A stretch of DNA of 64,000 nucleotides, taken from NCBI GenBank assembly GCA_965637545.1, contig OZ281494.1, positions 15,686,001 through 15,750,000 of the forward strand, in the 5' to 3' direction. The notes below the pieces were generated by a model. The model did not search any database, was not told the DNA's origin, and was given only the letters and a program-made list of their open reading frames with translations. Shown here piece by piece: positions 37,938-49,460 of this stretch; position 1 is the stretch's first letter, and each line of letters opens with the position of its first letter. Both the position numbers and the translations under genes were made by a program. This stretch comes from Phallusia mammillata (Eukaryota).

Positions 37938-39144
37938 CCTTAAATTATCGAATCTCATTTGCTTTAATTTTACTGCACAAATTGTATCTTCCAGATCATC
38001 ATGTTTTTAGCAGGTTGTTTTGCATGTTTTTAACGTATTACTATGCCAACCGTTGTTTTAAGTTTGTTTTTGTTGCGAGATCACTTTCACTAATTATCTC
38101 GTTAGCGCACTCCAGCGGAAAATTGCTTCTTATAATTTCATATTGCGGTTTGTCTAAATTGAGTTTTCCAAATAAAAAGCACAAGCGTTTTGAAGAAAGC
38201 ACGTAAAGAATTTAAACGCCATTTTAAAATTTCTTTGGTACATGTTTTCCTTGTTTTTGATTTTTTTGGATCGCGTTTACGTGATTTATCCCGATGTAGA
38301 GGCGGTTTGTATTTTATCCAGCAGGATAACAAATTATTAGTTCGAACTTAATACATCGTCACCAATCGATAAAACTAAATTGAAAAGAAACTGTGAAGTT
38401 TAATTTTCTTCAACAAAGAAAAATTTTAATACCGAAATCCTAAAAAGGTGTAACACCCCCTGGCCTATAGAAAATTAACTAAACGCAATTTCAACATTTG
38501 TTCTTTAAATAAATGATTGCATGAAGCAATTTTTTTACTTAAAGAGCACCCGTATCGTCTATTTTTTTATAATACACATAGTTTAGTTTGATTTATCACT
38601 AAAGATTATAATGTGAAAAATCACCTGCAGTAGTTCAAAGTGTGTTCGTTTCATTTTACTATTTATAGCTCATATGTTTTACATGATACTTTATGCAAGT
38701 TTAAACGTTAATCGGTACAATTTTGCTGCGAAACTTTCAGATCGAAACGCAGTCCTATTATGCGACAACATATATAGCATCGAAAACGAAACAGTCGATT
38801 AAATTAAAAAAGAGCGCAAAAAATGGCAAATATCAGATGTTGTTTGCAACAGACGAATCTCTATCGACACTGCATCTGGACTTACGTTTACCAATGTTGT
38901 GTGCATTGCTCAGGGCCCTGGAGAGAGAAAAAATATGCTGGTGCAAGTCAATTTTTGGGCCCCTCTTTGAACACTATTTATGTGCTGAATATCAAGCGTT
39001 TAATACGTTTATTCGCCAAAAGAACAAACTAAAGCAAGCTAGCCGCACTCATTAAACAGCTTGGACAATAACGCCAAACCTCTAAAGTTTTAAAAACCTA
39101 AAATTCCTATATTTTTACTGCATGCACTATAACGTTCGTACAGC

Positions 39145-39625
39145 AAAGTAAACGCGACGCGTGCCAAAGGCTGAATTTTAAGACCACGGCATGATAAAAA
39201 CTATAAACAAGCAGAGTAACAGGTTAAATTGTTACTTCAATATAAACACGCAAATCGGTTGGCGTGCCATAAAAAAACACCTGCGTGGCAACCTTGGCAC
39301 GCGTGCCAGGGGTTGCCGACCCCTGGTATAGTTAGTCTCATCTTACGAGCAATGCTTGTACATTACGTCACAAGTGACATAGAAAGGCAATTGTCTGCGC
39401 ACAATCAACAGTTGTAGTCTTCTCTGTGACGTAACAAACTATAGCTTTGAATCAATAATAGGCGTTGTAATCCTGTGAAACTAGGACTAGGTAATATCAA
39501 TTTCACATATCGAGACAGAAAAACTTTCGTAGGGAGTAGTTTAATTTTTGAATGTTACGAAGTTATCAATACGATTTCGCAAACCAAAAAATATGGTCGA
39601 GGACCGGATGAAATGACCTCAAAAA
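39145..39625 (-). mobile_element. Degenerate inverted copy of the 37434-37937 family, interrupted by or abutting a partial CAGGGGTCGGCAACC-type MITE
   Basis: 39330-39460 is the reverse complement of 37637-37760; 39601-39620 matches GAGGTCATTTCATCCGG; TIR GGTTGCCGACCCCTG ends at 39325, with the left TIR decayed. Confidence 0.7.
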
Positions 39626-39754
39626 AATAAAATATATATACTGGGTATACCAACAAAAATCCATACAAATCGCACAGTAAGTTCTGCTATTGTTTGGTTA
39701 AAGCCAACTGAACAGGTTATCTGGTAAAAAAATTCCTGTTTTTGTTGACATACC

Positions 39755-40012
39755 GAGTCAAGTCAAGTCTTTTCACAGCTGAGAAGACTCAAGTCAAGTC
39801 AAGCTTTCGAAAAATGTGACTTAAGTCGGACATGAGACCCCATTGCTGCTATACGTACAGACCAATTAAAAATGTTAATACGAAGGCGGACAGCAAAGTA
39901 AACGTCTTTCACATTTCACCCTGTAACTTTCAACTTAATAATTATGGGCCCCCCAGACTTTCATGGGCCCCAGTGCGGCGCACCGGCTGCACCCCCCTCT
40001 CGTGGGGCCTGG
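39755..40012. mobile_element. Fragments of further DNA-transposon relics
   Basis: (CAAGT)n subterminal-type repeats at 39755-39830 and a GC-rich terminus CCCCCTCTCGTGGGGCCTG at ~39993-40011; no partner ends found. Confidence 0.4.
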
Positions 40013-40933
40013 TATTGCTTGTCTGATTCTGAAGTGACCCCATACAAATTCTATTTTAAACAAGTGAAAGCTATAAGCGCAACAAAACTCAGGTGTAAAC
40101 TTAGGCGATTTACAATAAAAAATTTAAGGAATCATTGGGAGGCCCTTAAAAACCTGACAAAAGGATTTAAGAAAATGAAACGTATTGTTTACCTTCTTCG
40201 TGGTAACGAATTGCGAAATCAAGTTCAGAAATCTTCGAGGAACAACTGCAAAGCCAACAAAGTTTTGTAACTATCATAATAACGTATCAGAACTGATTCC
40301 ACCGATTCGTGTAAGTTAATAGTGATATTACGCGTTAATAACAACACATGTCAAAATAAAAGTCGTCGTAAATAAGACGACTGAGTTCGACACAAAATTA
40401 CTGTTCACTGCCTGTCTAAATAGTAGTTTCAGCAAAATAATTTGATATTCATTAATAAACAAGCAATATAATTTTTTGGTGTTTTATTTAATTAGGCTAT
40501 GTGTTTATATTTGGCAAAAAAATATTTTGCCAGTGAAGGTATACAGATAACCGTCAAACCCTTAATTTTTTTTTAATATTTTGTTTTTGTGATAAAATGC
40601 TTTTTTGTTCACCAGAATCGTTTCATTAAACAAATCAAATAGTTTTTGTACTCCCTTGGGTTTGTTTATAAATTCACATTTCAGAACTGAATAAAGCTAC
40701 TTTATTCCGAAAAATGGACATATAACCGATTGTAAGACGTTTTACAAAGTTTAGGCTGTGGTATCAACAATACACATTTCAGGTAAACGCAAGTAGCACG
40801 CACAATATGCATTCGCCATTTTGTACATTAAACCAAAATTTTCGGAGTTGGAAAACATAAAATAGATTTTACAACAGGAAATTTTAATTACGATTTTTTG
40901 GCTTCAAATCTATTGATTGCAATTAGACGTATC

Positions 40934-41113
40934 CAGTGGTGGGATTCGGCCGGTTCGCACCGGTTCTATAGAACAGTCTTACGAACTTTTATGAGATCAG
41001 CGAACCGGTTAGCATTACTGGTTACTGCCAATGGACTTTTTGTAACAGAACTGGCAGAAAAATATTACTTTTGTGATAGAACGGGCTGACAAAAAATTTG
41101 AATCCCACCACTG
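40934..41113. mobile_element. hAT MITE (180 bp)
   Basis: TIRs CAGTGGTGGGATTC / GAATCCCACCACTG; perfect TSD GACGTATC (40926-40933, 41114-41121). Confidence 0.94.
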
Positions 41114-44100
41114 GACGTATCGCCTCAAAAATACGCTGTATTTAGATTACCTTTGTTATAAGTTGGTTTATTGCTGTTGCCGTTTTTGTTCACTTTCAGG
41201 TTGGGTGTCGAAATCTTGCTTCAGCTCCATACGTTGAGGTGTTAAACCTGTATAGGTTGAACAAATCCAATTTTTGTTTCACAATGCCACTGCATGAAAC
41301 GAATGTTGTTGTATAATAAAAATTTCAAACATAATATACTCTATGCATTAAACATTCAAGACGCTGTTTTTTAAACGGCAATAAAATTTACAGAGTTTCA
41401 AAGAAAAACATTGTGTCCGATCAAAAACATATTAGTTTTTTTAGTTACGTTTATTTTCTTGTTTAATTTTTCCGAATCATGAGATTCGAACAAGGTAAGT
41501 AAATTCAAACACTTTATATTTGTTTGTTGGTGAAAAGGTAAAATTAGTTACATAATCTTTTTAGTTTTTAAAAGGATAATCACGCCGCATCATGTATGTC
41601 ACTCAACTGCAACATTAAGCCAAGTAATACACTAAAAACAGTATTCCTAATAACTTAGATTCCAATACCTGATTTTTTTGTCTCATAAAGACATGTACAA
41701 TTCAGTTATTATAACATATTGGTTGCTTTATTGCAATATGTATAAATGTTTATTCTGTGCGCTGGAAACAAAATAAATTGAATTGTTGTCATTGCTGCCT
41801 GAAGTGAAATAATTCTATTTTCCGCTTTTGTGTTGGGGTAGCCTATCAGCCACAGTTCTTCCGAGTGTCTGTAAAAATACATTTAAAACTTTAATATTCC
41901 CCAGTTGCAATTCTATAATTCCTATTTGTGCAATCGAGTACTAAAATAAACAAGCAAGTTGTACATGGGCTAATTGCATAGTCCCAAATGAACAATAAAA
42001 CAAACATACCTATTGCACTGTTGAAGGAGTGGTGCAAATTATTTGTATTAATAACACTTATTATTTGATGTTTCCATGTATGCCACAAACAAAAGTCACA
42101 AAAACGCCAGAACATGAAACAACGTACTAGGCATTCCATTGTGCAGACGTTTCGACTATTTATTTTCACTTGCTTAACGGAGAATATATAGCCAGAGAAT
42201 GCGTATAGCATTTGATAGTGACATAGTCAATAATAATATTGCTTAAGAAGTTTAAGTTTGTGCAGTACACCAATGTATTTGAAAAAACACCTTAAAATTG
42301 CTTGCCCATATTTAGAGTTAAGCACATTGTTGTTTTTACAACATGCCAAAACAATTGAGCACCACATTTACCTTTTTCGGCGTTTCTTGTCCCTGACGAT
42401 CAACACATATTTCCACCGACCTTAGCGCAACAGACCTGCTGCTGGCCTTTGGCGTTGACGCCATTTTGAGCGCATGTATGTCTTCACCGCTTTGTGTTCT
42501 GCCACCAAATATTTTCTATTGAGGCTCACATAAATAAATATCATAATGTATAAGCTAAAAATAAACAAAAATTAAATTCTAACAGACAAATAAGGTTAAA
42601 TATTCATTGCAGATTCACAGTTATTTTACAGCAGCGTTCAAACCTCAAACATTAAGGCCAAGAGCCCTTTAGAAATGCAACATCAAGGCCAAGGGCCTTT
42701 CAGAACTGTCAACAAATTACTGCAAAAGGGTGAAAAAAGCATTCCCGAAACTTGATCTTATCAAAAGCAAGGGCCGGGGGAAAGACGCAGGCGCGGGCAA
42801 TTTTCTTGCATTAGGCGTAAAATCCAATTGGCCCCCAGGTTTGCAAGGTAAAAATCGATCTCCCATGCTCTGTTTGCGTGACTGCCATTGTTTGCTTTAG
42901 TTACTTGATGCCCAATGGCAAACATGGGCGGGCATTGATCTCCTTGAAGCTTTCACAGGTCAGCGGCGATTTTAGGTGGCCCACTCTTATGCACTGGACA
43001 GTGAACAGTGAACTTCGCGGAAGACAAAACAGTCGTTATATGATGGGCGTGTTTTGCAGAAAAACATAAACTATAAACTATTTTGATACGTTGTTAATTT
43101 TGTTGTATTTTATATTTCACCTTCTTAAGGCTGCATTTATTATTTTATCTAAATGGTTTTAATCATATCGATGAACAATATTATGAAGTTATTGTTTGAC
43201 CTAATTAAAATTAAATTTCCATGGTGATTTGCGTCACGTATAAACATTGTCTGGTTTTAAATCCGGCGTCCAGAATTCAAGTTTTAATTAATTTATGCCA
43301 TAGCAAATACAACGTGGAATGTTGTTGTAAAATTATGAAAAGTTCAGGCAGTTGCTATCGAATTGACAAATGATATCTAGTCTTCACGTGTCACCCCAAG
43401 CATGACAATCCCATACATCTGGCAGGACAATATTTTGTTTCTTTGTCAGTCAAAATCAACAGTCAAGGCCCTCAATTGAATATCTTTATTCTTTTTGAAT
43501 ATATCCATGGGAGATCCAGCCAACATATGTGAAAATTCTCTTGTCCACTTACAAGGTTTCTTGATGACGACATTGATGCGTTTGTTGTAGAATAAAGCAC
43601 GTTCGTTTTTCCCGCTCCATTGAGGTTAGAAGACATTCGATATTTTGCTGAGTGCAAGACGTTTTGGTCTGCGCGAAGATTGTTTTGTCATTAATACATG
43701 TAGTCAAGCCCTATACAACTTTACAAATACAGATTACATGCCAGGTAATAAAAACGTATTAAACGTTCATAAGAATAAATCAAAGTTTCCAAAAATCCTA
43801 AATTAGTGTCCATTTCAACGCTTAAAACTTTATAACTTACCTTTTTAGGTTACTTTTGTTGGCATGGAAGGTGAGCAAACGCCATTTACTTCAAAACTGC
43901 GTGCAACTAAATTCACTTTTTACCCAAGCATAACATCACACAGGCAGCTGGGTTGATACGACACCCATCATCGTGCGGCGTATCTAATTCCTGTATCAGG
44001 TGTCAGTTGCTTTTAGTGAGTTGGGGGCGTAAAAAATCGCCCGGCTATCCCAGCTTACGACTCTTACTGTTCAGAATTCGTAAAACGGCTGTTCCTTTAC

Positions 44101-47100
44101 CACTCAAAGATTAAAAATTTGCCGCCAGGTGAAACACACCTGGACTCAGGCAAATCGATGATTCCAAGCAGTTTGCGTCAGTTTTGACGATAAACAAAAC
44201 AGTCAAGTGAGACTTTAAATAGCTGGTTAAGAGTGAGACTATGTGTTTACTGTTGACACTTTCTTGTTGCCCGAAAATAAATGTTAGAACACAATCCTAA
44301 ATTGCTTTGCAAGCATAGTAAAAACGTTTAAAAATATTTGTAGTTTTGGTGCATTTTTGAAATCAAAATGATGATGGATTTTCACTCAATGGTGCAGCAC
44401 AAAGGTTAAAACTCAAATTTATCTTTTTCCAGAGAAAATTAAGACAAATACGTTTTAGCTAAATAGTGTTTTCGAGCAACATCGCTCTTAAGGTTATTAC
44501 ACCAACTTTAGTCCACCCGAAAACAAAATGGCGGCCGTGGTTGAACCGTTCAGCTTTCTTGCAATTAGTGCATTATTTATGGCGTCTTGAGTAAATCAAC
44601 ATTCAAAAAGTGGGATCCGGTTTCACCTCATCGGCGCTTGGAAAATTGAGGGTAAATCCGTTGAGTGCGATTATCAGGTCGTTGTTACATCACAATGGAG
44701 TGTGCGTTTGGATCAGTTCATCAGTCATTTCCAGCCTTTGAGCTTTTTTGTTGTAATCCATGGTATTATAACACAAAAACCAGGATCTGGACTCAAGTAG
44801 AGAAAGCTCTGATAGTGCAATTTTAGCCCAAGTGTGGTAATACATCTCCTTGGCCGCGAGTTCGCCTTGCCAAAACGTTTTAGCAGCGGTGCGGCCATCT
44901 TTCAATAGCCGCAGCTTGTCAGCAGTTATCCAGTCAAGCTGAACTTCGTAAACATAGCAACGATCGCTTAGTCATCGGTCTTGGTGTAATATCGCGCAAT
45001 CATCCTGCCAGTGCCGATCGTGCTTACCAAATAAATGAAAACCACAGCGGGGTTGAAGTCAAGGCTAAAAGTTGCTCTGCCGAAACAGAGTCTTCGCCGG
45101 TGGCCAGCAAGGTCAGTGAGTTTGAATATTGAGAAAAGGCGCGTTAATTCTACTGGCAGTTTTGTAAATTGCAACAACAAACGAAGTTTGACGTAACGGT
45201 TTGTGTCGTCATTAAGCAATTGAAACGTGCAACCGATTGTTTTTTGTAGAGTAAATGTTTTGATGAGGGCATTTATCTTCCGCTTTTCGCTGTCCATTTT
45301 CAAACACCTTTTGACTCCTGCGATCCCCGGCCGTCGAGCGGCATCTTTAATGTGACGTGAGAATGTGTAAAATCCACTTGGGAGCATTTGGAACCGAACG
45401 CGACTCTTCTTCATTTTCCGGTCAGCGAGCGACACTTGAGAACAACCTTCAAAAAAACCAAAACCCAATGAGTGTCCACTACTGGACAGATGACCTTCTC
45501 GCCTTTGCAAGCTAGATCCCCGCACGCCACCCCAACAGTCAATGGTGCTGTGTTAAGACTCTGTGCCATGGTAGCTTTAGGTGGGTCAGGTGACGGGATG
45601 GGGTCAAAGGGCGGCGAATCAAAGAACCTTAGGACAAGGTCTGTTTCGACCGCGGAGCGTGTGTTGCAGCGGTTTGCATCCGGTGGTAAGATAACCTGGC
45701 GTGGATAGCGCTGTTTCGCCTGCATCTGGAGTTGTGTCAGCTCTTGAGCGTGGCAGCTTTGTTTTGTTGGCATTTTTACCGGGATTAAGATGCTGGCTAA
45801 GCGGAGTCGATGCGCTAAACGCCATTTTTACCTAGCCGGTTTGTGAGAAACGGCTGCCGCTAATAGGCTTGTAGTATCACAGCGCGGCGTTTTTAGTGCT
45901 TTTGAAGGGGCTTTTCACGTTAAATTAATTAAGGGATTACAATCATTTGCGTTAGCGCTTAGGCTCACTGCCTGCTGCGCATGTGTGCACAGTAATCGCA
46001 ACGACGGCAAGGTGAATAGTTGGCTTGTCGGCAAGCAATAATTCCAAACGCTGCACGAACTTGCTTGTCACCTGCGATCCATCAGCGGTTCATCCGGGCA
46101 CTTTGCTGTGCGCGAGAATACCAAAACAAACACCCAACGTTGAACTTTACCTTGCCAAAACACAGAGGAGATTCCGTAATCGTGCGCATGTTGACTTAGG
46201 GTGTTGGTGTTTTTGCCAACCATTAATACCTCGTTATAAGGGATGCGAGAATGCCCGCAACGTAATAATGCAGCATGGATAGCGTTGATAGACGTACGAC
46301 CAGGGCGTCACAATATTACGCAAATTTCTGCACGATCTTCGTCTTGGAGTCAAAGGTTAGCTTCAGGGGTGTCAAGAAATTTCATTGTGTTGTCGAAAGA
46401 TCTTGCGTACAAAGCCACTGGTACAAATGCACGATTCTGGCGTATCCAAAAACATAAAAAATATCAGGTTTCTTAAACAAGTAACAAGTGAAAAGTGCTG
46501 CAAAATGTAAACAGCTGAATTTTTTGTCGTTTTGAAATTATTGTTTTAGGGCCCCATTTCGAATTTTGTGTACATTTATGTTTGACACCATAATAAAAAC
46601 AAAATTTGGCACTCCAATAAAACTTTTTACTAGATTCATTCAATGTGTTCCATGCTTACAAACATTTAGCATGTATTTGTCAGTAAAACGGTAAATATGA
46701 AAACCTTTTTTCCTGCTATTTGCAACACAAGAATATATACACGTGCATGCACATGTAGAGTATAAACAACACACAGCCCGACTTAATTGCGTGCTCATGA
46801 TCCACTCAAAACAAGAAGAGAATTTAAGAAGCCCTTCCCAAAAACCCACATGCGCCCATTAAAATTGTTTCACGATTTGGGGCGAACGGAAGACGAACTT
46901 TTCACCCCTGTGGTCAGTAGAGAAACCGATCACCCCCATACTGACTTAAAATCCATCAAAAGATTGAACGGACCGATAAAGTCAGTCTGCTCGGGTGGCA
47001 AAGCGCCGCCCAGCACTAAACAGGTGCACCCAGGCGATCGTTAGATCTGGGCCCATCGTATCAGAAACGCCAGTGTTTTTCTGATGGACCAACTACGCGG

Positions 47101-49460
47101 TAGCCTGGCAAAGCGATGTGGAATGCAACGAACGCTTTGACGTGGCCGGCGCAGGGTTCGCGACCCTCTTGTGATTGACGATGCTTTTCCGCCCAGTCTT
47201 AGTCCTGAGTCAGGGCTCTTACCGTGTGTTGCTGTCTCACGCTTTCAAACTTTGAACTAGCCTGCCCAAAACTGTGCTCTCGGATAAAGTGAGGCGTTTA
47301 GCTGGTGATGATTCACACCACGTTTAACTGACGAGATTTTCAGGTGCGGGCCTAATTAACGCTTTTATGGTTAAAAACGCGGTTTCGTTCAACTGGTTAA
47401 AGACGCGTTACAAAGGAACACTATACACGGACTTAAAAGGTAATTTAATTAAACATGGTGCACTGATGATGACAACAGAGATTGTTGAAACGTCTCCATG
47501 ATATATTCTATATACACCAGTACTTCGGCAGTTATATTTATGATTAAAAGGCGGTACAAATTTTTTAACGAAACAATACGTGGTTTACGCCAGTGAATCC
47601 TCACTAAGGGATTTTGGGATTTTTGTAACAATAAGTGCGTTGGAAGGATCGCGTGTGTCTCTTTGCAGTGCTTTATGTTTTTGCCGAATCTTTTTCTCCG
47701 CCAATAAACTTTTCCAAGTCATGTGGCCGAAAAACACACTAAAAGGGACCAGTCGGACAAAGACAGATGACATAACTTGTGTACCAGCCCAAACAACACA
47801 AGTAAAACGTCGCTATCGGTCAGTTCCGTTCGCGAGCGCACGGTCCCGCCCATTGTGATGCATTAACGCCGTTCACAATGGAGCCGGGAACACCAAATCG
47901 CCTTATCAGAGATGGATGGAAGGCGAACGTGCCCGCGTCATTCCTTCTTATCGACTCTTTGCTTTGTCGCCATCATTTACAAGAGTAGGATCCAGGTGTG
48001 ATTTCACCTGCGTCCGAGTTTGAAGGTGTTTGAGGAGAATTGTTTTTGCGTTTGTTTGATATCAATTCATCACTTTAAAGTTTCGTTCGCGTTTGGAACT
48101 GCTTTTATGTAAGCAGGGTATGAAAATCATTTCTGTAATAGCTCTTAATAACGATAGCAGCATCAAAAAATGGACCAAAATGAAAAAAATGACTGAATTC
48201 TGTGATTTCCTTACCAAAACATTAATTTTTATTGATAGAACCGAAGCATAAAACAGATTTGTTGCCGCCATACAACACTCAAGAAATATATGCTTTTGGT
48301 GAAAACCGAAGCAATGTTTTTTTTCTTTGCGTACATTAGTGAAAAAAGTGTGTTTGAGTGTAAAATCTTGTTTAGATTTGTTTTCTTAACTTACGATTAT
48401 TGATGTTCATGGTGCCTCATTTACCTCGTGTGCAGCAAAAACTCGACTTCTGTCGATTCACTTGTGGTAAAGGACTCGGCTTGAGTTAGGTGACAATAAC
48501 AACGTATTTTGTCCGTCGGTAATAAAATATTTGATCATTGAGTAATCGGTACAGTACGTGTAATTTTTTTTATTTAGGTTTGATTGTTATTAAGTGTGTG
48601 TAAGCCGTAAGGCACTCTTAAATAATGCCAGGTAAGTAAACAATACGGCGGTCCTCAACTATTCCCACAATTACTCGGACTTGACTCGATTTGTGTATTT
48701 TTGAGAGTTTGGCTTTGACTCGCTTGGTAGTAAAGTTGACAAGTAGATCGGGTGTAAGTACTCAACAAAAGTATTTTCGTCAAACGGTTGGAAGTTCTTT
48801 CGGCCCAGTGGCGTTTTCTACGACTCTTTGCCGCGACCTGGCGGATTTCATAAACCCTAACATAGAAAAAACGAAAAACAACGTATACAGATCCACAACG
48901 ACACACCGACTTTGTAAGAATTAGTATCAAATTCATGTTGTGATTGAATCAAAAACAACCAGGCAAATAACACACAAAATTAGGCACTCTGACGCAAAAT
49001 AAAAAAAAGTCAATTATACACATAAATTGCACAAATTACAAGATTATTTAAACAATAAAACAACGCAAAACATCAGTACTAAAACTTCACGCAAAAATTG
49101 TAGTATTCCGACCAAAACGATAAAAAATGTTGGTAATTTACGTATGTTTTTGCATAGTGGTCGAATTTATTAAATGCAATAACAATTGCCAAACAACGCG
49201 TGATCATGTGTGGACTTGCCAAAATTCATTTCCTTCGAAGCAAAAGTGATAGAATTCATTCGAAACGAAAGCGATTACACAAATTGATTTGCAACGTATA
49301 ACAGAAGCAAATTGATTTTAGCAACTAGAGGCACAACACGCACTTCAATAACATTCCGCAAACCTACAATACCCACTGTAGCAAAGAGTTCCAAAAGCAA
49401 ATTAACCGTGAAAAAGCGCAGCAACACTTTTGTGTAGGCTTCGCTTAACCCGTAAAAGTT

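Noticed and set aside
47306-47331. C box (GTGATGA) and D box (CTGA) pair
   Set aside because: Only ~25 nt apart, too short for a C/D snoRNA, and not in a known intron.
24100-49160. Hidden homeobox or other pharyngeal-cluster gene (Nkx2, Pax1/9) or known miRNA next to FoxA
   Set aside because: WFQ-like codon runs (19492, 31638) do not continue as homeodomain helix 3; only seed-length matches to miR-124 or miR-184 were seen, without hairpins.
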